A program made the translations under genes and the position numbers. This document shows, in pieces, positions 27,621 to 37,000 of a stretch of DNA of 64,000 nucleotides. The notes beneath the pieces are model-generated. The model did no database searches, was not told the origin of the DNA, and was given only the letters and a program-made list of their open reading frames with translations. The stretch is taken from assembly GCA_021156165.1 (NCBI GenBank), contig JAJNBM010000002.1, positions 792-64,791 on the forward strand. Direction: 5' to 3'. Positions within the stretch are counted from its first letter, which is position 1. Each line of letters begins with the position of its first letter. Origin of the DNA: Gammaproteobacteria bacterium (GTDB lineage Bacteria > Pseudomonadota > Gammaproteobacteria > UBA1113).

Positions 27621-28886
27621 ATGAAAGTATTGATTATCGGTCAAGGGGGCCGTGAACATGCCTTAGCGTGGAAATTTAAACAATCTAAAGAAGTCACGCA
27701 AATTTTTGTAGCGCCTGGCAATGCGGGCACGGCATTGGAGCCTGGCATTGAAAATATTGCTATCGCGGCTACGGATGTAGGGCAATTATTAAAATTTGCT
27801 CTAACACAACAAATTGACTTAACCATTGTCGGTCCCGAAGCACCGTTGGCTGCCGGTATAGTCGATGCGTTTCAAGACCAAGGCTTAGCGATTTTTGGCC
27901 CTACACAAAAAGCCGCTCAATTAGAAACGTCTAAAGTGTTTAGCAAGAACTTTATGGCAAAACACCATATCCCCACAGCCCCTTTCGCCACTTTCAGCAA
28001 TAAAGACAAGGCAAAAGCCTATGCGCACAATCACCCTTTACCACTGGTGGTGAAAGCTTCTGGCTTAATGGCAGGCAAAGGAGTTGTGATCTGTAACAAT
28101 GAAATAGAAGCCATCGCCGCGATAGATACTCTACTTAATGGGAAAAACAGTGAAATTGTTATTGAAGCCTTTTTACAAGGCGAAGAAGTGAGCTTTATAG
28201 TCATGACCGATGGCGAACACATTGTGCCCTTAGCAACCAGCCAAGATCACAAACGTCGTGATGATGGCGATTTGGGCCCGAATACCGGCGGTATGGGGGC
28301 CTATTCCCCTGTTTCTTGGGTAAGGCCCGTATTAGAACAAAAAATATTGGAAACCGTTATACGCCCCACTTTAAAAGCGTTGCAAAAAGAAAATACACCT
28401 TACTGCGGCTTTCTTTATGCAGGCTTGATGATTACCCCACAGGACGACTACTACGTATTAGAGTTTAACTGCCGGTTAGGAGACCCTGAAACTCAAGCAC
28501 TGTTGCCGCGCTTAAAAAGTGATCTTTTTACACTTTGTTGGGCAGCAACCCATAGCCAACTGCTAGACAAGAGTGTAGAATGGGATGAACGAGTGGTGGT
28601 GTCCATAGTGCTTTGTGCACAAGGATACCCAGGCCCAGTTAAAACCGGTGATTCGGTTAATAACTACGCGAGCGACTGTACTGAAGATGTTAAATGCTTT
28701 GTTTCTGGCGCAACCCGCCATGAGCAACAATTAATTACTTCCGGCGGCCGTGTGTTATGTATTAGCGCGTTGGGCCAGACGGTGCATGAAGCACAATCTA
28801 AAGCACTCTATTGGGCAGAGCAGGTCGATTGGCCTGGAAAGTTTTACCGTAAGGATATTGGTTGGCGAGCTGTTGCGAGGGAATGA
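27621..28886 (+). CDS. purD: Phosphoribosylamine--glycine ligase
   Basis: MKVLIIGQGGREHALAWK… and an ATP-grasp fold throughout. Confidence 0.92.
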   Translation: MKVLIIGQGGREHALAWKFKQSKEVTQIFVAPGNAGTALEPGIENIAIAATDVGQLLKFALTQQIDLTIVGPEAPLAAGIVDAFQDQGLAIFGPTQKAAQLETSKVFSKNFMAKHHIPTAPFATFSNKDKAKAYAHNHPLPLVVKASGLMAGKGVVICNNEIEAIAAIDTLLNGKNSEIVIEAFLQGEEVSFIVMTDGEHIVPLATSQDHKRRDDGDLGPNTGGMGAYSPVSWVRPVLEQKILETVIRPTLKALQKENTPYCGFLYAGLMITPQDDYYVLEFNCRLGDPETQALLPRLKSDLFTLCWAATHSQLLDKSVEWDERVVVSIVLCAQGYPGPVKTGDSVNNYASDCTEDVKCFVSGATRHEQQLITSGGRVLCISALGQTVHEAQSKALYWAEQVDWPGKFYRKDIGWRAVARE

Positions 28887-28887
28887 T

Positions 28888-29781
28888 ATGACCCAACAAG
28901 TGAATACCCCAAGAGATATAGATCGATTACTCAGCAAGGAAGCGCAAGCGTTATTAAAAAATCGCAGCGTTGTGTCGTCACGACAACAAAGCTTAAAAGA
29001 CATTACCCAAAATGGGCAACCCTTAAGCGCCTTGCAAAAACGTTACAAATCAAAAACTTTTATACCCGAACACGGTATTAACCCATTGGCTGCAGCTGCC
29101 AGTGCCTTATTTTCTCTAGTCAGTCGATTCCGACAAATCAGCGATTATCCCAAAATAAACGAATTGCACGCCAATTTAGTTCATGAAGTAAATGCTTTTA
29201 TCTGGGGAGCACAACGTCGCTCCTATAGTGATGATGAAGTATTGGTTGCACGATATGCCATTTGCGCCACCTTAGATGAAACCATTCAAAATACCGCTTG
29301 GGGCAAAGAAGCGAAATGGCATGAAAACAATTTGTTGTCTTATTTCCAAGGAGAGGCTTGGGGCGGCGAACGATTCTTTATTATTTTAGAAAAATTACGC
29401 GAGCATCCTCAAACCTATATTGATTTGTTAGAGTTTAGCTATCTCTGTCTTTCTAGCGGTTTTGAAGGGCAATTTCGTGTGTTTGAAAATGGTAAACTGC
29501 AGTTACAAGCTATTGTAGACGACTTATATCAACTCATTCGTAAGCAACGACGCTATTATTCACATCAACTCAGCCACAGACAAGAGCCTTATAAACGACT
29601 AACGGCTAAACCTCCTGTGTTATCCCCTTTGTGGATCATTTTATTAGTGTCTGCGGCGGTATTACTGGTTTCTTATTGTGGCGCTGGTTACCTTGTTCAT
29701 AACACATCAGAGCCACTGTATTCAGCTCTAGATGAAATAAACCCAGCAGCCATAGAGCCGCCAACGGAGGGTGTAAAATGA
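28888..29781 (+). CDS. icmH: DotU/TssL-family protein (IcmH/DotU-like type IVB secretion component)
   Basis: …VARYAICATLDETIQNTAW…LLSYFQGEAWGGERFFIILEKL…LLEFSYLCLSSGFEGQFRV… is the DotU signature. It has a single C-terminal TM helix. The start was moved to MTQQVN (the track ORF begins upstream). Confidence 0.7.
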   Translation: MTQQVNTPRDIDRLLSKEAQALLKNRSVVSSRQQSLKDITQNGQPLSALQKRYKSKTFIPEHGINPLAAAASALFSLVSRFRQISDYPKINELHANLVHEVNAFIWGAQRRSYSDDEVLVARYAICATLDETIQNTAWGKEAKWHENNLLSYFQGEAWGGERFFIILEKLREHPQTYIDLLEFSYLCLSSGFEGQFRVFENGKLQLQAIVDDLYQLIRKQRRYYSHQLSHRQEPYKRLTAKPPVLSPLWIILLVSAAVLLVSYCGAGYLVHNTSEPLYSALDEINPAAIEPPTEGVK

Positions 29782-32700
29782 AAATCCCCAGCATAGAAGA
29801 AAAAGCAAAACCGCAAATTAAATTTGCCACAGAACTCACCGTATTACAAAAAACTTTTGCGGGAGCCATGGAATTCTTAAAAAACACTAAGATTGATTCG
29901 AATCCCAAAGGGAAAACATTATTTGATTTACCCTGGTTTTTAGTATTGGGAGGGCCGCATACAGGAAAGTCCTCCATGTTGGCACATTCTAGCTTAAATT
30001 TCATTTTAACCAAAAAATCAACTATGCCTGGTCACATCATTCCCACCACGCGCCATTGTGATTTATGGGTGTCGCGCGAAGCTGTTTTTTTCGATACTTC
30101 CGGGCAATTTACTCTACACGATGCAGCCAATCAAGGTGGCGCACAATTATGGGAAAGTTTTTTAGAATTATTGTTTGAAGAAAAAAGGGATCCCCTACAA
30201 GGGATTATCTTAACTTTGAGCCTAGAACGCTTGGCCTTACAAAGTAAAGAAGAACAATCCTGGCATTTCCAAAACATTTCCGAACGTCTTAGTGAATTAA
30301 AAACACAACAAAAATACACGGCACCCATCTACCTACTGTTGACCAAAGCCGATTGTCTCGCTGGATTTAGCGAATATTTTGACGATCTCTCCCCAGAAGA
30401 ACGTGAGCAACCTTGGGGGTTAAGCTTCAATGAAGACGAATTAAGTTCGTCACAAACACTATTAGATAGCTTTACTTTAAAATTTAATGGCTTAATCCAA
30501 AACTTAAATGAACGTTTAATGGCAAGATTACACAGCGAACGCGATTGGCAGCGCCGCGCTTCTATTAAGGATTTCCCATTACAGATTGAAAGTCTCAAAA
30601 AAACATTAAGCTATTTTCTGCATAAACAGCTGGATAATTTCACCCTCCTCTCTACTTTTGTATTAAGAGGCATTTATTTTACCAGTGCTGTCCCGGAAGA
30701 ACATGTTATTGATCGCTTATTAAAGCCCTTATCACAAGGCTTCTCTCTCACCCACTATACACGCCCCTTGTTGGCTCCGCAAAGACAAGTGGGCGAATCG
30801 TTTTTTATAAAGAATTTATTTAAAAAAGTAATCTTAAATGATCAAAGGGTATTTACTCTGCAAAAAAATATAACCGAGTTCAAAAATAAGCTGTGGCGCC
30901 GCCGCACCGTGTTAACAGCTATCGCCTGCACTCTCGTCGCTACTTTTGCTTATTGGGGTTACTATGTGGCCCACAATATCAATAACGTTGCCATTGCTGA
31001 AAAAGCCATTACGCGTTATCAATTTTTAGCAGCAGAAATGCCTAAAAATCTGTCGCCACAGCAGTCTTTCACCGCTTTAAATAGCCTATTTAGCATGCAG
31101 AACGCCATTGATAATGCCCGCCTACCTAAATTATTACAATGGGCTAGTCATAATAAAGATCTTTCTGCTGAACAGAAAGTAACGGTGACTAAAAGTTTGC
31201 AGAAAATACTTTCTAGTCAATTAGCGCAAATATTGCAGCAAGAATTAAAGCAAAAAAACCTTTCAGCAGCCACCCTATATGGCGCATTAAAAACCTATCA
31301 AGCTATTAATGCTCCACAGCAATTTGAAAAAAATTATGCTCAGAATTGGCTAATTCAATATTGGCAGGAAACTTTTCACCTTAACGAAAAAGAAGTGCAC
31401 ACACTAAAAGGGCAATTAAAAAGTTTATCTTCCTTGCCTAAGGTTACGCTGGCTCCTCATCTATTGACACAAGCTTATGACAACTTATTGCAACTTCCTC
31501 CCGAAAAACTGGCGAATGCGATAGTCAGTAGCGATTATGCTTTAGCCCATCCACCCTTAATCATAAAATTACCCACCCCACAAACCTTATTTCAATTTAA
31601 GCACGATGCAAATAATTACAACATTCCGGCGGAGTTTACCAAAGAAAATTTTATGGCCATCTATGATCATGAACTGCCCAATAGCCTAAAGCAATTGAAA
31701 AATGGGAACCCCGTTTTAAAAGGACAAATTTTACCCGCTTTTGATGAAAATGAAACCCTGCAAAAAGCGCGTGAAAATTATATGGCTCAATACACGGCTA
31801 CTTGGCAACCCGTAGCGCAATCCATTCAGCTAAAAGACAGCACTAATTTAAATGAAATACAAGCATCCCTAAGCCAAATATTAGATGCACGCTCCGCGCT
31901 ATCCGTACTCCTAACGGCAATACGCGACAATACTAACGTACTGTATCAAGGTATGCCCACCCCTATTAGCTTGGCCTTTGAAAACGCCACCTTATCGTCT
32001 GCCGCTACCTTGAATAAAGATTGGTATCATGATTTAAACCGTTTAAACCATTTAATTAATAATGTGAATACCTCAGCCCATCCCGCTGAAAAAGCCTTTT
32101 CATTAGCGCAATATCGCATGACGCATATGAAAGAAGTCGATATTTTTTCAGATCTAGGTGATAAATCAGCTTCGTTGCCACCTGTATGGAAAAGTTGGTC
32201 ACAGCAGCTGACTACACAAGCTTGGTTGGGTTTATTGCAGAAAAGCCAAGATTACATTGAGGGCGCGTGGCAGGAACAAGTTTGGCCAATGTATGATAAA
32301 AATATTGCGCATCATTTTCCCATAGATATGAATGCCCAGGCAGAGATTACCTCCCATGATTTTGAGTCTTTCTTTGCGCCTAAAGGAACTTTTAACCTCT
32401 ACCTGACGCAATATTTAGACGCGTTCATAGACAAAACTGATCCCACTCAATGGCAAACCAAAACACGCGATAATGCCGGACTTACTTTATCAGCAGATAC
32501 ACTGCAAGCTTTACGGCAAACAGCGCTCATTACACAATTATTTTTTAATAACCAACCGCATCTTGCTACAGTACAATTAGCATTGGTCCCTACCTTGCCT
32601 AAAGATATTGATACAGTAACCATAGCCGCCAATGGCAATACCACCGTCTACAATCACCAAACCGCAGATCCGGTAACGCTGTCTTGGCCCCCTAGTGACA

Positions 32701-32957
32701 ATAAGCTTGCTTTAAACATCACCCATAACACCGGCAAAACAGAGAGTTTTCAAGCGGATGGGCTCTGGGCTTGGGTAAAGTTGATCAATCTAGCCAAATT
32801 GCAGCCCCCTACCTCCACCACAGAAATTATTTTTAGTCTACCCGCAGAGGGCAAAGAACGCCTGCAATACACGCTGACCAGTTTGAACACGCCAATTAAT
32901 CCCTTTGTTCCGGGTTTATTGCAGGGCGCAGTTTTGCCGGAAAAGATAGGAAATTAG
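29778..32957 (+). CDS. icmF: IcmF/TssM-family protein (type IVB secretion IcmF-like) with a Walker A NTP-binding motif
   Basis: …TLFDLPWFLVLGGPHTGKSSMLAHS… matches the TssM/IcmF consensus LY-x-LPWYLVIG-x-PGSGKT. There is one TM helix at ~aa 375 and a large periplasmic C-terminal region. It is translationally coupled (ATGA) to the DotU gene. Confidence 0.65.
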   Translation: MKIPSIEEKAKPQIKFATELTVLQKTFAGAMEFLKNTKIDSNPKGKTLFDLPWFLVLGGPHTGKSSMLAHSSLNFILTKKSTMPGHIIPTTRHCDLWVSREAVFFDTSGQFTLHDAANQGGAQLWESFLELLFEEKRDPLQGIILTLSLERLALQSKEEQSWHFQNISERLSELKTQQKYTAPIYLLLTKADCLAGFSEYFDDLSPEEREQPWGLSFNEDELSSSQTLLDSFTLKFNGLIQNLNERLMARLHSERDWQRRASIKDFPLQIESLKKTLSYFLHKQLDNFTLLSTFVLRGIYFTSAVPEEHVIDRLLKPLSQGFSLTHYTRPLLAPQRQVGESFFIKNLFKKVILNDQRVFTLQKNITEFKNKLWRRRTVLTAIACTLVATFAYWGYYVAHNINNVAIAEKAITRYQFLAAEMPKNLSPQQSFTALNSLFSMQNAIDNARLPKLLQWASHNKDLSAEQKVTVTKSLQKILSSQLAQILQQELKQKNLSAATLYGALKTYQAINAPQQFEKNYAQNWLIQYWQETFHLNEKEVHTLKGQLKSLSSLPKVTLAPHLLTQAYDNLLQLPPEKLANAIVSSDYALAHPPLIIKLPTPQTLFQFKHDANNYNIPAEFTKENFMAIYDHELPNSLKQLKNGNPVLKGQILPAFDENETLQKARENYMAQYTATWQPVAQSIQLKDSTNLNEIQASLSQILDARSALSVLLTAIRDNTNVLYQGMPTPISLAFENATLSSAATLNKDWYHDLNRLNHLINNVNTSAHPAEKAFSLAQYRMTHMKEVDIFSDLGDKSASLPPVWKSWSQQLTTQAWLGLLQKSQDYIEGAWQEQVWPMYDKNIAHHFPIDMNAQAEITSHDFESFFAPKGTFNLYLTQYLDAFIDKTDPTQWQTKTRDNAGLTLSADTLQALRQTALITQLFFNNQPHLATVQLALVPTLPKDIDTVTIAANGNTTVYNHQTADPVTLSWPPSDNKLALNITHNTGKTESFQADGLWAWVKLINLAKLQPPTSTTEIIFSLPAEGKERLQYTLTSLNTPINPFVPGLLQGAVLPEKIGN

Positions 32958-33340
32958 GTAATTACTCCTTCCGCTCCCTGACGGTCATATCTTTATATCT
33001 AAGTCGCTCTGGGTCGTCATTGCGAGAATACCGTTTCGCAGTTCTGGTGCGAAAACACAGAATAAGTGACGGTATTCGAAGCAATCCAGGGAATGTTGAG
33101 CAATAAAAAGGTCATCTGTGTACAGAAGACTTAAAAAAGTGAGATTCTTGAACGGGGCACACTTTTAATCTCAGCCCGTATAAAGATACGCTTCTTTTTA
33201 ATTTCTAGGATAAGACAACTACCTTCTTACCTTTTTAAGACTTCGTGGATTGCTTCGTCAACCGTTACTAACCTTGCTTGTGCGCGCAAGAATTATGAAA
33301 CGGTTTCCTCGCAATGACGACCCATAAAGAGTAATTACTT
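32958..33340. repeat. Inverted-repeat-bounded ~380-bp intergenic element (MITE-like or structured RNA)
   Basis: GGGTCGTCATTGCGAGAATACCGTTTC (33011-33037) against the reverse complement GAAACGGTTTCCTCGCAATGACGACCC (33297-33323). The palindromic GTAATTAC sits at both extremities (32958, 33331). There is a nested inverted repeat CGAAGCAATCC/GGATTGCTTCG. Confidence 0.55.
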
Positions 33341-34405
33341 TCTACTTGAATCTACTATAAATAAGCCATCATAGATAGCGCGTCTTGAACCCTTTTTTCC
33401 AGTAACGGATGCAATGCCGTTAGGCGCTTTTTTAACAAACAGTGTGGTTGAATTTCCCTGATCCATACTCATAGCAGATACAAGCTGCAATCCAAATAAG
33501 GTGGGTATTTTGTTATAAATAAAGTTAGCCATCTGGATAGAAGTCATACCGTATTCTTTATCTATGCCATCCACAGTGAAAAATAGCATGTGAGGATTAT
33601 CTTGTTTATCTTTTGCTAAAATAACAGCGGCATTGGCACTAAATTCGAACGTCGATAAAATGCCTTCCCAGGTAATTTGGATTTGAGGCTTGCCCGCTAT
33701 GGTTTGAATGAGTCCAGGGCCTGCACCAATCGCATTCACTGCATTGGCAGGGACTTCATCGTATTTCACCCGTTCAATACGCCATTGTTTGTGCGTCGCA
33801 TCTTGAATGAGACTTGAACGCCCATTTTCTGCCAGCGTGCCGCCATCGCAGTTAGTAGAATAAACTTGATGATCAATAACCAGTAAGCCTTCACCGACAT
33901 GTTTGGAAGTGTCTAGCGGAATATTGGGAGAACGTCTAATACAATTTTCATCAAGGCGATTCGCCCTCTTACGGAAGTAGCCGCCATTGATCCCTGCAAC
34001 AGCATTGGGATATAATGCCGCTTGTTCTAGTAAAGTGCTGCGATACGCATTTTTAGCGTTTGCATCCCCTATCGTTGGCTTTATAAAAGTATTGGCATCA
34101 GCAAGATTAGCGTCAACAATATTCATCGTAAGCAAACCCGTCGCTCTAGATTGCTTTGAAAAACCCCAAGGATAAGTGCCTTGGCATTGCAATTTAGTCC
34201 AAGTAATATTGCCTTTGGTATTTAAAGGCTGTTGAATAAGCGGCGATGAACATTGCCAAGCATAATCCCGTTTGGCCAGTTGCGTGAGGATTAAGCTAAT
34301 AGGCGATAACCCAGAAGGGCGTAAGTAAACCAATGCTATCGCTATCAAGGCAAATAGCAAGAGGACGATGAGACTTATTTTTAGAAGCGATTTAAATAGT
34401 TTCAA
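33335..34405 (-). CDS. Phosphodiester glycosidase family protein (DUF2233-like), membrane-anchored
   Basis: N-terminal TM anchor. The C-terminal region (…GINGGYF…, …FFTVDG…) resembles the DUF2233/NAGPA-like fold. This is a weak family call. Confidence 0.4.
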   Translation of the reverse strand: MKLFKSLLKISLIVLLLFALIAIALVYLRPSGLSPISLILTQLAKRDYAWQCSSPLIQQPLNTKGNITWTKLQCQGTYPWGFSKQSRATGLLTMNIVDANLADANTFIKPTIGDANAKNAYRSTLLEQAALYPNAVAGINGGYFRKRANRLDENCIRRSPNIPLDTSKHVGEGLLVIDHQVYSTNCDGGTLAENGRSSLIQDATHKQWRIERVKYDEVPANAVNAIGAGPGLIQTIAGKPQIQITWEGILSTFEFSANAAVILAKDKQDNPHMLFFTVDGIDKEYGMTSIQMANFIYNKIPTLFGLQLVSAMSMDQGNSTTLFVKKAPNGIASVTGKKGSRRAIYDGLFIVDSSRK

Positions 34406-34574
34406 GTTAACGTCCTCTGTGCTTAATCATAATGCGGCTATAGTACCAAAAGAGAAACGTCTTGTACAATCATAACTCACAAAGAACGGGATGTGGTGAC
34501 AACGTTACCCTTTTTGATTTCATTATCAATACCCCTTATAATAAAACTTATCCCCTAATAAAAGTAGACCTCTA

Positions 34575-35912
34575 ATGCTAAACCTCCTACAAAATTGGCC
34601 TATTCTGGTGTTCCCTGCCTTATTGTTGCTTTTATTTTCTCTAGAAAAAAAACCGCGTTTTAGCAACAACCTACGGATTTTTATAAGTTTAATTTTAGGT
34701 ATCCTTAGTGGCATGCTGTTAAATTATTTTCACTCCCATTTAACGCCTTTTAGCAATCAATTCATTGGCCAATCCTTAACCTTAGTCAGTGATGGTTATA
34801 TGGAACTGTTACGCATGTTGGTATTGCCCTTAATATTGACATCTATTATTCATGCTTTTATTCATTTAGGCGATCACCCCGGTGAAATTATCGGTAAGTT
34901 ACTTTCGCGCTCGGTAGGGTTACTCTTGCTATTAACAGCAGTGGCCTCGGCCCTAGGCATGGCCGTAGGCTTGTGGTTGCACGTAGGACAACAATTGTCT
35001 TTGCCCAGTGATGGCCCCATTCCCGCTCATCACTACACGGGCTTAGTCGATACGCTATTAGGTATGATCCCCAGTAATCCCATTGCCGCCATGAGCAACG
35101 ACAATACCGTCGCTATTGCTATTTTCGCCTGCTTACTCGGTATCAGCGCTTTACAGATCTATAAAAAGGAAAGGCAGCATGCCGAAAATTTTAAAGATTT
35201 CATTACCTCAACTTTCCATATGGTTAAACAATTGGCGCGCTTAGTGATTCGTACTACCCCTTACGGTGTGTTAGCCTTACTGGCTAAAATCAGTAGTACT
35301 CAAGGCTTCCATACCTTAATAGGCATCGCTCATTATTTGATCGCTATTCACATCGCTGTCATTTTGGTATTTATATTACAAATCATTTTAATCGCTCTCT
35401 TCGCACGCCTATCCCCCTGGGCTTATTTGAAAAAAGCCTACCCTACTTTATTGGTTGCTTTCACGACTCGTTCTAGTTTTGGATGCTTACCGTTAAGCGA
35501 AGAAACCTTACACGATCGCTTCAAAGTGTCGCAGCTCACGGCAAGTTTTGTACCCAGCATGGGTGCCACCTTGGGCATGAGTGCTTGTGCCGGTGTCTTC
35601 CCTGCGATGTTAGTAGTGATGGCCTTAGCAGTAACCCACCAACCGATGACTGTTTCTATTTTCCTAATGGTGATGTTTATCAATACCATCGCCTCACTGG
35701 GCATTTCCGGTATTCCAGGTACTGCTTTTGTGGCCGCAACCGTAACCTTAACCGCTATGGGATTGCCCTATGCCGTAGTGGGTTTGGTGCAAGGGGTAGA
35801 CAGCATTGTAGACATGAGCCGTACAGCAACCAATGTGAACGGCACTTTGGCAACGGCGATTATTGTGGATAGGGGACTGGTTCCGGCAAATGTTCCAACA
35901 CCATCTCTATAG
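34575..35912 (+). CDS. Dicarboxylate/amino acid:cation symporter (SDF/DAACS family)
   Basis: Polytopic membrane protein with …LLVAFTTRSSFGCLPLS…, which matches the SDF AF-x-T-x-SS-x-A-x-LP motif. Confidence 0.7.
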   Translation: MLNLLQNWPILVFPALLLLLFSLEKKPRFSNNLRIFISLILGILSGMLLNYFHSHLTPFSNQFIGQSLTLVSDGYMELLRMLVLPLILTSIIHAFIHLGDHPGEIIGKLLSRSVGLLLLLTAVASALGMAVGLWLHVGQQLSLPSDGPIPAHHYTGLVDTLLGMIPSNPIAAMSNDNTVAIAIFACLLGISALQIYKKERQHAENFKDFITSTFHMVKQLARLVIRTTPYGVLALLAKISSTQGFHTLIGIAHYLIAIHIAVILVFILQIILIALFARLSPWAYLKKAYPTLLVAFTTRSSFGCLPLSEETLHDRFKVSQLTASFVPSMGATLGMSACAGVFPAMLVVMALAVTHQPMTVSIFLMVMFINTIASLGISGIPGTAFVAATVTLTAMGLPYAVVGLVQGVDSIVDMSRTATNVNGTLATAIIVDRGLVPANVPTPSL

Positions 35913-36744
35913 TCTTATCCATCGTTGCAGCATAATTCGATGAAAAAGTACCTTGGGCGCGATTGGCCACAATGACATTCACCGATAAAGCACGATGGCC
36001 CATCAATTGGCTTAAACCATAAATACCCGAAGTTTCCATTTCAAAATTAGTCACGCGTTCATTTTGATACCGAAACGCTCTTAATCTATCTAATAAACCT
36101 GTAAATCGTGGGACTAAACGCACTCGTCTTCCCTGTGGCGCATAAAATCCAGAGCAGGTTGCTGTCATGCCTGCGCCATCGACATACGGTGCATAATGTG
36201 CCAGTAATTCTTTGTCAGCAGAAGCTACATAAGGATGCAAACGTTCTTCAGCAAAAAAATCCGCCAATGCATCTTCTACTGGCTGATCCAGGGGCGCTGC
36301 GCTGGCGCGATAATATTCTAATAAATTGTCAAAGCCTATGGCGCGTGCCGATAAAAGGACGCTATCAACTTCTGTTTCGGCTTGCAAGGCCCCGCTTGTA
36401 CCAATACGTATAAAAGTTAAAGAAGTTAATTTGTCTTTGATCCGCCGTGTTTTTAAATCCACATTCACTAAAGCATCCAATTCAGTTAAGACTATATCAA
36501 TATTATCCGTGCTCATGCCGGTTGAAATCACTGTCAAATGATGTTTTCCTATCCAACCACTGTGCGTAATCATTTCACGGTTTTGTTGTCGCACTTCTAT
36601 TTTATCAAAATGCTTTGACACTTTTTCTACCCGATTGGGATCCCCCACTAAAATAACCGTGGGCGCTAATTCCTCAGGCAATGAATTCAAATGATAAATG
36701 CGGCCATCGGCTGTTAAAATTAAGTCTGCTTCTGAAATATACAT
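35860..36744 (-). CDS. Phosphorylase family-1 (PNP/UDP/MTAP-type) nucleosidase/phosphorylase
   Basis: …FIRIGTSGAL… and the …FEMETSG… C-terminal motif of the PNP_UDP_1 fold. Confidence 0.5.
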   Translation of the reverse strand: MYISEADLILTADGRIYHLNSLPEELAPTVILVGDPNRVEKVSKHFDKIEVRQQNREMITHSGWIGKHHLTVISTGMSTDNIDIVLTELDALVNVDLKTRRIKDKLTSLTFIRIGTSGALQAETEVDSVLLSARAIGFDNLLEYYRASAAPLDQPVEDALADFFAEERLHPYVASADKELLAHYAPYVDGAGMTATCSGFYAPQGRRVRLVPRFTGLLDRLRAFRYQNERVTNFEMETSGIYGLSQLMGHRALSVNVIVANRAQGTFSSNYAATMDKTIEMVLEHLPEPVPYPQ

Positions 36745-36773
36745 AATAGTTCCTCGTGCTTTACGCGGTTTTG

Positions 36774-36832
36774 CCGTAGGCGGGCCCCTGTGCCCACCTT
36801 AGGGCAGGCACGGGCGTCTGCCCCTACGATAC
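36774..36832. repeat. REP-like palindromic element, copy 2
   Basis: TAGGCGGGCCCCTGTGCCCACCTTAGGGCAGGCACGGGCGTCTGCCCCTACGAT. It lies immediately adjacent to MITE copy B. Confidence 0.8.
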
Positions 36833-36842
36833 CAATCTGTAT

Positions 36843-37000
36843 GGTCTGTAGCCATTGGGTTTATCGGCTGCAAAATGAATAAAGCGGTCCAAATATTAGC
36901 AAATTTTCGTCAAATATAGCCCGATATTCTCTTCAAATTTACTAAAATTTTGCCCGGCTTTATTCATTTTTCGCTTCGACAAACCCAATGGCTACAGACC
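36843..37000 (+). mobile_element. MITE-like element, copy B (158 bp, perfect 17-bp TIRs GGTCTGTAGCCATTGGG … CCCAATGGCTACAGACC)
   Basis: Perfect terminal inverted repeats. There is no ORF. About 85 % identical to the reverse complement of 21576..21743. Confidence 0.75.

Noticed and set aside
28888-32957. Interpretation of the TssL/TssM-like pair as a type VI secretion system
   Set aside because: There is no TssB/C, Hcp, VgrG, ClpV or baseplate gene anywhere in the 64-kb window. The other evidence for a Legionellales-like background makes the homologous Dot/Icm subunits IcmH/IcmF the better assignment.
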